From IMG/VR virus record IMGVR_UViG_3300045988_021641: a stretch of DNA of 49,016 nucleotides. One strand, written 5' to 3'. The position numbers and the translations under genes are program-made. The stretch is from a virus. Below are positions 1 to 5,459 of this stretch, in pieces. Under the pieces are notes generated by a model. It saw only the letters and a program-made list of their open reading frames with translations. It was not told where the DNA came from and ran no database searches. Every line of letters begins with the position of its first letter. Positions within the stretch are counted from its first letter, which is position 1.

Positions 1-89
1 AAACCGTTTGTCAAGAGTAAATGCACAAAAAAGCAAAAATATTTTTTAGGAGGCCAGAATGAGGGCGATTTCTTCCCGGAAAAGCTGCT
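1..89 (+). repeat. Terminal direct repeat, copy 1 (identical to 48928..49016)
   Basis: Base-by-base comparison: nt 1..89 equal nt 48928..49016. The repeat covers the 3' end and downstream flank of the IS30-type transposase gene. Confidence 0.95.
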
Positions 90-1092
90 CGGAGCACAGA
101 TAACCGAACATTTTGCGGGGGTAGTTGTTCAGCCAGTCCTCGATCCGCTTGGTCTCCTCGTAGGAGATCGTACTCAGGTCGGTGCCCTTCGGCAGGTGCC
201 GGCGTATGAGGCCGTTCTGGTTCTCATTGGATCCGCGCTCGCTTGGCCGGTAGGGGTGGCAGTAGTAGACCTCGGTGCGGGTGCCCTTGCCGCTGGCGCT
301 TCGTTCGATTCCGGCGGCGTCGGCAAACTCGCAGCCATTGTCGCAGGTGATGGATCTGAATACCTTCGGGAACAGGTCGCCGTACTTGGCCTCGAGCCCG
401 TCGATCGCAGCGACGACGCTGGCGGCCGTCTTGTCCGGCGACGGTATAATGAGCTCCCAGCGCGTTTTCCGCTCGGTCATCACGATGTAGGTGTTGCTGA
501 CGCCTTGGCAGCTTTCGACGCTGTCCATCTCCCAGTGTCCGAAGGTGCTGCGGTTGTTGATGTGCTCGGGCCGCTCCTCAATGCTCCGGCCGGCGGGCTT
601 GCGGGGCATGGATCCGGCCGGGCGCTCCGGCTGGTGGCGCTTGCCGTGCTGCGGCAGCATGGAGACGGTCAGCTCGTCGCCGAAGATCTCGCCGCGGATG
701 TAGTTGTAGGCGGTGCTCGCGCAGATGTGGGTCTTGAAGGGCCAGCCCTTGACCTCAGCCTCACCGATCGCGGCCTCCGGGCTGTACTTCTCGTCGCGGA
801 TCTTGGCGATCAGGTAGTCGGCCAGCTCGTAGTCGTTGCCGATCTTCAGCTCCGGCCCCTTGGCGCGGAGGTTGGCCTCATAGCGGGCCTGTGCGCCTTC
901 GGGGTTGTATCTGGTCTCGGTGGTGTAGTCGCTGTTGAGGTGCTCGTAGGTGCACCGCTTCAGCTCCCGGTAGATGGTCGTATGATGGACGCCGAGCTCC
1001 TTGGCGATGTCTGTCGGCTTCATTCCTGCGCGGATGAAGGCGTCGAGCTGGATGCGCTTGGTCGGCGTCAGATGGCTCCAGTGCTGTCCCAT
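46..1092 (-). CDS. IS30-family DDE transposase (348 aa)
   Basis: N-terminal HTH (LTPTKRIQLDAFIRAGMKPTDIAKELGVHHTTIYRELKR). Candidate catalytic-triad context HWEMDSV ... ITCDNGCEF ... RGSNENQNGLIRR. RBS GGAGGGG lies upstream of the ATG. Confidence 0.9.
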   Translation of the reverse strand: MGQHWSHLTPTKRIQLDAFIRAGMKPTDIAKELGVHHTTIYRELKRCTYEHLNSDYTTETRYNPEGAQARYEANLRAKGPELKIGNDYELADYLIAKIRDEKYSPEAAIGEAEVKGWPFKTHICASTAYNYIRGEIFGDELTVSMLPQHGKRHQPERPAGSMPRKPAGRSIEERPEHINNRSTFGHWEMDSVESCQGVSNTYIVMTERKTRWELIIPSPDKTAASVVAAIDGLEAKYGDLFPKVFRSITCDNGCEFADAAGIERSASGKGTRTEVYYCHPYRPSERGSNENQNGLIRRHLPKGTDLSTISYEETKRIEDWLNNYPRKMFGYLCSEQLFREEIALILAS

Positions 1093-1109
1093 TGTGTTCC
1101 CCTCCGTGA

Positions 1110-1141
1110 TAAAAGAAAAGGGGCGGCCCGCCGGCCGCCCC
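1110..1141 (-). terminator. Rho-independent terminator after the XRE gene
   Basis: Stem GGGGCGGC(C)/(G)GCCGCCCC followed on the minus strand by TTTTCTTTT. It sits directly after the stop at 1151. Confidence 0.6.
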
Positions 1142-1150
1142 TTCTGTGTG

Positions 1151-1414
1151 TCAGTGTTCCTCGTACTTTTTCAGGAGCTCGAGCGTCTCCTCGTCTGTGA
1201 TGATGTCAGCCAGCCTGCACTCCAGCGCGTTGCAGATCTTCAGCAGCGTCGGCAGCTTCGCGCCGTTGATGTCCCGGGCGCCGCGCTCGTACTGCTGGAG
1301 CACCTGCACCTTGATCCCGGCCAGATCGGCGAGCTGAGACTGAGACAGGCCGGCAGCCTTGCGGAGCTTTTGCAGCCCCTCGCTTTTGTAGGTCACTTTG
1401 ATCGAGATGTCCAT
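1151..1414 (-). CDS. XRE/Cro-CI family HTH transcriptional regulator (87 aa)
   Basis: HTH_3-like core GLSQSQLADLAGIKVQVLQQYERGARDINGAKLPTLLKICNALECRLADII. RBS GGAGGAA precedes the ATG. Confidence 0.85.
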   Translation of the reverse strand: MDISIKVTYKSEGLQKLRKAAGLSQSQLADLAGIKVQVLQQYERGARDINGAKLPTLLKICNALECRLADIITDEETLELLKKYEEH

Positions 1415-1428
1415 GTTGTTCCTCCCGC

Positions 1429-1458
1429 TTGACTTTGCCGTGGTTTCGTGGTTATAAT
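1429..1458 (+). promoter_or_regulatory. Near-consensus sigma70-type promoter (TTGACT-18-TATAAT) with no obvious ORF downstream
   Basis: TTGACT at 1429..1434, TATAAT at 1453..1458, 18-nt spacer. It points away from the XRE gene and is antisense to the small minus-strand ORF 1502..1615. Confidence 0.45.
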
Positions 1459-1501
1459 GAAAAGGAACGGCGGGCGGGATTTTTCCCGCCGTCCTTCGAC
1501 C

Positions 1502-1615
1502 TTACTGCTTGGGCTTTTGGTTCGGCTTTATTGTGATCGTAATGGTGGCAACCTGTTCACACTTTAGAGCCTGTTCCAGCAGCTCGAGCAGTTTTTTCAT
1601 CTGCTCAGCATCCAC
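1502..1615 (-). CDS. Small hypothetical protein (37 aa from GTG; 32 aa from ATG 1600)
   Basis: AGGAGG followed by 7 nt and then GTG. Product VDAEQMKKLLELLEQALKCEQVATITITIKPNQKPKQ. Too short to support by homology. Confidence 0.3.
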   Translation of the reverse strand: MDAEQMKKLLELLEQALKCEQVATITITIKPNQKPKQ

Positions 1616-1686
1616 GGCTTTGCCTCCTTTCCGCGGTTTTGTTCTCCTTTCTTTCTGTACTCGGCTATCCCTTGCCTGTGATTATA

Positions 1687-1708
1687 TTATAGAGCATTTG
1701 CTCTATAA
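1687..1708. promoter_or_regulatory. Perfect 10-2-10 palindrome TTATAGAGCA-TT-TGCTCTATAA (operator-like) with TATAAT boxes on both strands
   Basis: Read directly in an AT-rich intergenic island between the two XRE-type genes. TATAAT lies at 1704..1709 (+), and another TATAAT is present on the complement around 1683..1690. Confidence 0.5.
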
Positions 1709-1759
1709 TGTCAAGCATAATTCGGCGGATTTTCAACATTTTCCCGCGTTTTTTCACAT

Positions 1760-1796
1760 AAAAAAAGCCGCACGGCGTCGCTGCCGTGCGGTTTTC
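1760..1796. terminator. Bidirectional rho-independent terminator
   Basis: Stem CCGCACGGC (1768..1776) pairs with GCCGTGCGG (1783..1791). It is flanked by an A7 run on the left and T4 on the right, immediately after the stop of the ORF ending at 1797. Confidence 0.65.
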
Positions 1797-2033
1797 TCAT
1801 TCTTTCCCGAGCAGGTGGTTGATCGTGGTGCCGAGGGCGGTCGCCAGATAGTCCAGCTCGTAGTCAGCGACGACTCTGCTGCCGTTCTCGATGCGGCTGA
1901 TGACCTTCTGCGTGACGTCCAGTCCGATGATCTGGAGCTTGTAGGCGAGCTGTTCCTGTGATAGACCAGCCCGCAGCCGTTCCTCTTTGACTCGCTCCCC
2001 GGAGATGTTGCACCTGCCGTCTGGTTTGTAGAT
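1797..2033 (-). CDS. XRE-family HTH protein ORF lacking any ATG/GTG/TTG start (start assigned provisionally to ATC)
   Basis: Open frame 2054..1800. Translation ...ISGERVKEERLRAGLSQEQLAYKLQIIGLDVTQKVISRIENGSRVVADYELDYLATALGTTINHLLGKE is a typical HTH_3 protein. AAGGAGG lies at the 5' end of the open frame. The ORF is absent from the ORF track because it has no canonical start. Confidence 0.5.
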   Translation of the reverse strand: MYKPDGRCNISGERVKEERLRAGLSQEQLAYKLQIIGLDVTQKVISRIENGSRVVADYELDYLATALGTTINHLLGKE

Positions 2034-2079
2034 TTTCGACGCCCTCGCCTCCTTTTATCCTAAAGATGACTATGCAATA

Positions 2080-2117
2080 TTGACTTTACCAGTTTTGGCA
2101 TGGTAATATTATGCCAA
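2080..2117 (+). promoter_or_regulatory. Promoter TTGACT-18-TAATAT for the TM2 gene, overlapped by inverted repeat TTGGCAT(N9)ATGCCAA
   Basis: TTGACT at 2080..2085, TAATAT at 2104..2109, inverted repeat at 2095..2117. The promoter lies about 50 nt upstream of the ATG at 2159 and is divergent from the XRE-like ORF. Confidence 0.55.
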
Positions 2118-2158
2118 AGATGACTAAACGCTAAAAAACGCAAACAGGAGGTAACGGC

Positions 2159-2662
2159 ATGGGTACACGGTTCAGACGTAGTTTCAAAATTGCCCCGGGT
2201 GTCCGGGTAAACCTTAACAAGAAAAGCGCGAGCGTCAGCTTCGGCCCGAAGGGTCTGAAGCACACGATCAGCACGACGGGAAAAAGTCACACGACCGTCG
2301 GGATCCCCGGGACGGGCTTGTCTTATACGACGAGCTCCAGCGGGAAGTCCGGCGCGCAGCAGGGCGCGGTCAGCATCCCCGCAGCGCAGCGGCCGACGTC
2401 CCCGAAAAATAAGACGGTGGCGCTGCTGCTGTGCATCTTCCTCGGCTTCTTCGGGGCCCATCGGTTCTATGTCGGTAAAACCGGCACGGGCGTCATCTGG
2501 CTGCTGACGGCCGGGGCCTGCGGGATCGGCTGGCTGGTCGATATTTTCACCATCCTGCTCGGCGGTTTCTATGACTCCGAGGGCCGTGTGCTGCGGTTCC
2601 AGCCCACAGAGGCCGAGCTCGCCGCTGCCGGTGAAGCGCCGGATCCTGACGCCGAGGAGTAA
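2159..2662 (+). CDS. DUF4236-like N-terminus plus TM2-domain membrane protein (167 aa), moron-like
   Basis: N-terminus [40 protein letters not shown]2-like core [51 protein letters not shown]. It has its own promoter and terminator and is the only convincing plus-strand gene. Confidence 0.85.
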   Translation: MGTRFRRSFKIAPGVRVNLNKKSASVSFGPKGLKHTISTTGKSHTTVGIPGTGLSYTTSSSGKSGAQQGAVSIPAAQRPTSPKNKTVALLLCIFLGFFGAHRFYVGKTGTGVIWLLTAGACGIGWLVDIFTILLGGFYDSEGRVLRFQPTEAELAAAGEAPDPDAEE

Positions 2663-2676
2663 AGCCCCACATAACA

Positions 2677-2717
2677 GAAAAAGCCCGCCCGGGATCTCCG
2701 GGCGGGTTTCTGCTTTT
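2677..2717. terminator. Bidirectional terminator between the TM2 gene and the endolysin gene
   Basis: GC stem CCCGCCCGG / CCGGGCGGG flanked by an A-run and TTTCTGCTTTT. The two genes converge on it. Confidence 0.65.
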
Positions 2718-2727
2718 CTATGCGGTT

Positions 2728-3732
2728 TTAGAGTTTCGTGACGTAGTCCAGAGAGATCCAGCCCGCGCCGCTCTTGAGCTTGCCCCACTTGGTCGCGCCG
2801 GGGCCTGCGGCTTCGGCGACGATGGTGTAGATGCCCTTGCCCTTGATCTGGCCGGCGACGCCGTAGTTGGTGCCGGGGCCCTTGCGGATGTTCAGCACGT
2901 CGGCTGTCGTCCGCACGCGGTAGCTCGTGGTCGTGCCGGTGCTGCCGGTCGAGATGTCCGCAGCGTTTACCCAGCCGTAAACGGTGGAGCCGCCGCCGCT
3001 GATTGCCTTCAGGTGGTACGGGTGCGCCTTGCCGGCCGCGACGGCCGTGATGGTGGCCTTGCCGGGCTTGCAGATCTTGGCGTCCTTGGCCGCCGCGCTG
3101 GTGTAGTGCTGCGTGCCCTTGAAGTCGACCACGTCGCCGACCTTCAGGCCGGTCTCGGTGTTGCCGGAGGTCTGGCCGCCGGTGCTGCCGCCTGCGTCCG
3201 TGATGCCGAGGCGCTTGTTGACCTCGGCCGCGATCTGGCCGTGGCGGTTGTAGAGGTAGTCGCCCGGGCAGCTCTTATTCGCGTAGTCCCTGTGCACGGT
3301 CATGTTGCAGCCGTTCAGGTGGTTCACACGGTCGTTTTTGCTGGTCGACCAGACGAGGCGCTTGATGCCGTTGCGCTTGCAGATGTCGGTCACGAGATCC
3401 AGCAGCGCGGCGTATGCCTTCGCGGAGACGGGCCAGTCAGGCGCGCCGCCGTTGTTGGCGACTTCGATGGTGACGGCCCGCTGGTCGTTGGTGTTGGACG
3501 AGGTGCACCACGAGCGGTTTGCCTCGTCGACGTACAGGGCGATCCGGCCGTCGGTGCCGATGCCGTAGTTGCTGGACGCCTGCCGCGCAGAGTTGGCGAA
3601 CAGGTTGCCGCAGGTTTCGACGGAGCAGTTGCCGGCCATACAGTGGATCGTGATGGTGTCGATCTTCTTGGTGCGCTTGCCCGAGTGGTTCGGGCTGAGC
3701 TTGGTATAGACCACCAGAGGGCTGTTACTCAT
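2728..3732 (-). CDS. Endolysin: N-acetylmuramoyl-L-alanine amidase (Amidase_2/PGRP type) with C-terminal SH3-like wall-binding repeats
   Basis: TITIHCMAGN...SSNYGIGTDGRIALYVDE...AVTIEVANNG amidase-2 signature. C-terminal SH3_3-like LNIRKGPGTNYGVAGQIKGKGIYTIV...GWISLDYV. It follows the holin genes. Confidence 0.9.
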   Translation of the reverse strand: MSNSPLVVYTKLSPNHSGKRTKKIDTITIHCMAGNCSVETCGNLFANSARQASSNYGIGTDGRIALYVDEANRSWCTSSNTNDQRAVTIEVANNGGAPDWPVSAKAYAALLDLVTDICKRNGIKRLVWSTSKNDRVNHLNGCNMTVHRDYANKSCPGDYLYNRHGQIAAEVNKRLGITDAGGSTGGQTSGNTETGLKVGDVVDFKGTQHYTSAAAKDAKICKPGKATITAVAAGKAHPYHLKAISGGGSTVYGWVNAADISTGSTGTTTSYRVRTTADVLNIRKGPGTNYGVAGQIKGKGIYTIVAEAAGPGATKWGKLKSGAGWISLDYVTKL

Positions 3733-3829
3733 TGTCGTCTCCTTTCCCGCCGGTCAGCTCGTCGAGAGTCTCGTCTGTGATGGTCTCGCCGGGCTTCAGC
3801 TTGATGTCGTCGGTGTTCTGGTTTTTCAT
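3725..3829 (-). CDS. Small acidic peptide (34 aa) translationally coupled to the endolysin
   Basis: AAGGAGG followed by 7 nt and then ATG. Product MKNQNTDDIKLKPGETITDETLDELTGGKGDDNE. Its stop overlaps the endolysin ATG. Confidence 0.35.
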   Translation of the reverse strand: MKNQNTDDIKLKPGETITDETLDELTGGKGDDNE

Positions 3830-3850
3830 GGGTTTGCCTCCTTTACAAGC

Positions 3851-3877
3851 AAGAAAAGGGCGGGCCGGAGCCCGCCC
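3851..3877 (-). terminator. Hairpin terminator between the holin and the small-ORF/endolysin unit
   Basis: Stem GGGCGGGC-CGGA-GCCCGCCC followed on the minus strand by CTTTTCTT. Confidence 0.5.
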
Positions 3878-3883
3878 TCTCCG

Positions 3884-4198
3884 TTATTCAATGGTCAGGC
3901 CCTCAGTGTTGAGCTGCTTGACGATTGCCTCGATCGCGTTGACGACGCTTTCCTCGTCGACCTTGAAGCCCTTCTGCTTCAGGAAGTCGAGGACGTACTG
4001 CTTCTTCTCCTCGCCGCGGCCCTGTCCGACGTAGAGCTGCTCAGCGGCAGCGACGCCGATCTTTACCCACGCGGTCAGCTCCTTGCGCTGCGCCTCGGTG
4101 GTCTGCTTCTTCAGCCACGGGATCAGGAAAACGCTGACGCCGGCGCCGATCAGGGCGAGGGCTGCGTTGACGATGGGTGTGATGTCGATGGTGTTCAT
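3884..4198 (-). CDS. Holin, LL-H-like family (104 aa)
   Basis: A single N-terminal TM segment (IVNAALALIGAGVSVFLIPWL) followed by a charged helical tail, positioned just upstream of the endolysin. Resembles the Holin_LLH architecture. Confidence 0.7.
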   Translation of the reverse strand: MNTIDITPIVNAALALIGAGVSVFLIPWLKKQTTEAQRKELTAWVKIGVAAAEQLYVGQGRGEEKKQYVLDFLKQKGFKVDEESVVNAIEAIVKQLNTEGLTIE

Positions 4199-4503
4199 CC
4201 TTTTGCCTCCTCATTGTTGAGAGTGTTCCCAGACGGATCCGGGAGCGGGTTGCCGTCGGCGTCGAGCCCGTGGCGGTTTCGGCTGATTTTCTCGCCGAGG
4301 CTCTTGCCGGCGTATGTGATTAGATAGCCGACGCAGGCGGTGAAGATGGTGCCGGTCAGCTCACCGACCGGGTCGCGCCCGAAGGCAGAGAGCAGCAGAG
4401 AGCTGGCTGCGCTGAGCGTTGCCACGCTGGCCGCCCAGTATGCGAGCTTTTTGCTCGCCTCGATTTTCTTTTTACGCTTGCGCCGGCGCTTCTTTGCGGC
4501 CAT
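4195..4503 (-). CDS. Small 2-TM membrane protein with a poly-basic N-terminus (102 aa), possible holin or antiholin partner
   Basis: Internal start supported by GGAGGTG RBS. Product MAAKKRRRKRKKK... with two hydrophobic segments. ATGA overlap with the LL-H holin. The upstream part of the 175-aa track ORF is Arg-rich overprint. Confidence 0.55.
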   Translation of the reverse strand: MAAKKRRRKRKKKIEASKKLAYWAASVATLSAASSLLLSAFGRDPVGELTGTIFTACVGYLITYAGKSLGEKISRNRHGLDADGNPLPDPSGNTLNNEEAKG

Positions 4504-4516
4504 GCTGCTCACCTCC

Positions 4517-4882
4517 TTAGTCGATGATCGCGTGGATCCCCTGACTGGTGAGGAAGTCCTTCTGCGCGTGTTTGATTTTGGCAGCGTAGTCGAGGGCCGC
4601 GTGCATATCCCCGTTGCAATGCGCGTCAGGGATGCGTTGCACGGCCCGGGCCGTCGCCTCGCCGAGGGCGATGGCTGCCGACGTGCCCTGAATGGTGATG
4701 ATCTGGAGATCTTCACGGGCACGCTCTCGGGCCGCTGCCTCTTTCTGTCGTTTGGCCTCCTCGGCCTCCTTTTGCTTCTCGCGCTTCTGGATCCTGTGCT
4801 CGAGCATCCAGAAGCAGAAGCCGGTCACGGCCGTCGGGATCCCCAGAAGGACGACGAGCGCGCCGATGTTGATTTCGATCAT
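4517..4882 (-). CDS. Membrane-anchored coiled-coil protein (121 aa), lysis-cassette associated
   Basis: N-terminal TM segment IGALVVLLGIPTAVTGFCFWML followed by a KE-rich helix. RBS GAGGTG. Confidence 0.6.
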   Translation of the reverse strand: MIEINIGALVVLLGIPTAVTGFCFWMLEHRIQKREKQKEAEEAKRQKEAAARERAREDLQIITIQGTSAAIALGEATARAVQRIPDAHCNGDMHAALDYAAKIKHAQKDFLTSQGIHAIID

Positions 4883-4894
4883 TGTGTCACCTCA

Positions 4895-4927
4895 TAAAAG
4901 CCGGAGGGCCGCAGGACGCGGCCCTCC
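4895..4927 (-). terminator. Rho-independent terminator upstream of the lysis cassette
   Basis: Perfect 10-bp stem GGAGGGCCGC (4903..4912) / GCGGCCCTCC (4918..4927) followed by a T-run on the minus strand. Confidence 0.55.
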
Positions 4928-4939
4928 TTGTTGTTGGGC

Positions 4940-5071
4940 TTACTCCTCGACGTCGTCGAAGTAGCCCATGTCGACGAGATACTTGTGCACGCGGGCCTTC
5001 AGCTTCGCGGGGACGTTGTCCTCGGTGATGCGGCCCATGATGATCTCGCCTGCATACAGACGTACCAGCAT
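4940..5071 (-). CDS. XkdX/CD1375-like small phage protein (43 aa)
   Basis: MLVRLYAGEIIMGRITEDNVPAKLKARVHKYL matches the 'IYA..I..G..T.DDVP..LR..V' pattern of small post-fibre proteins. The internal ATG is supported by an AAAGGAGGAG RBS. Confidence 0.6.
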   Translation of the reverse strand: MLVRLYAGEIIMGRITEDNVPAKLKARVHKYLVDMGYFDDVEE

Positions 5072-5127
5072 TTCACGCTCCTCCTTTCCTGCAATTTTTA
5101 ATAATAGCCACGCGAGGGCCCGGGCGA

Positions 5128-5292
5128 TCATTCGCTCGCCCTTTCCTTCGCGGTGCCAGCGTTTGCGGCTGCCTCGATGGCAGCGATGGCGTCCTCGACC
5201 TGCTTGCGCAGCTTCTTCGGGACGTCGTTGATGGTCATGGTGGAGCCTTCGCGGGTCAGCTCCCTGACGTACAGCTCGACGATCTTGCTCAT
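5128..5292 (-). CDS. Second XkdX/CD1375-like small protein (54 aa)
   Basis: MSKIVELYVRELTREGSTMTINDVPKKLRKQVEDAI, a paralogue of 4940..5071. GGGGAGG RBS and ATGA coupling to the upstream ORF. Not in the ORF track (under 60 aa). Confidence 0.55.
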   Translation of the reverse strand: MSKIVELYVRELTREGSTMTINDVPKKLRKQVEDAIAAIEAAANAGTAKERASE

Positions 5293-5459
5293 GCTGTTAC
5301 CTCCCCTCCGTCGCCGTAGACCACGTCGGCCAGCTCCATGATGCAGCCCTTCAGCAGCTCGATGGTGTCAGCCTGCTCGGCGATGGTTTTGTCCTTCTTG
5401 GCCTCTGCGGCCTGTTCGTCGTTCAGCTTTTGGATGCTGTCGGCTCTGTGTTTAATCAT
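5289..5459 (-). CDS. Small coiled-coil hypothetical protein (56 aa)
   Basis: ATGA overlap with the stop of the DGR target gene and with the next ORF. Product MIKHRADSIQKLNDEQAAEAKKDKTIAEQADTIELLKG... Confidence 0.45.
   Translation of the reverse strand: MIKHRADSIQKLNDEQAAEAKKDKTIAEQADTIELLKGCIMELADVVYGDGGEVTA

Larger units (their letters stand above)
1..1109 (-). mobile_element. IS30-family element or transposase locus (ends not resolved)
   Basis: Contains the DDE transposase ORF. I could not find terminal inverted repeats or a target-site duplication by eye, so the boundaries are provisional. Confidence 0.35.

Noticed and set aside
1093-1200. Search for IS30 terminal inverted repeats and a target-site duplication (also in 48850..48927 and 1..45).
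   Set aside because: Only short, unconvincing matches were found by eye, for example an 11-bp palindrome CAAACCGTTTG at the repeat boundary. I cannot define the IS ends without a computed alignment.
3725-3829. The 34-aa peptide as a double-glycine-leader bacteriocin or an arbitrium-like signalling pre-peptide (LDELTGG followed by KGDDNE).
   Set aside because: The motif resemblance is weak. There is no signal peptide, no C39-peptidase ABC exporter and no AimR/TPR-type receptor gene in the window. It is kept only as a possible coupling ORF.
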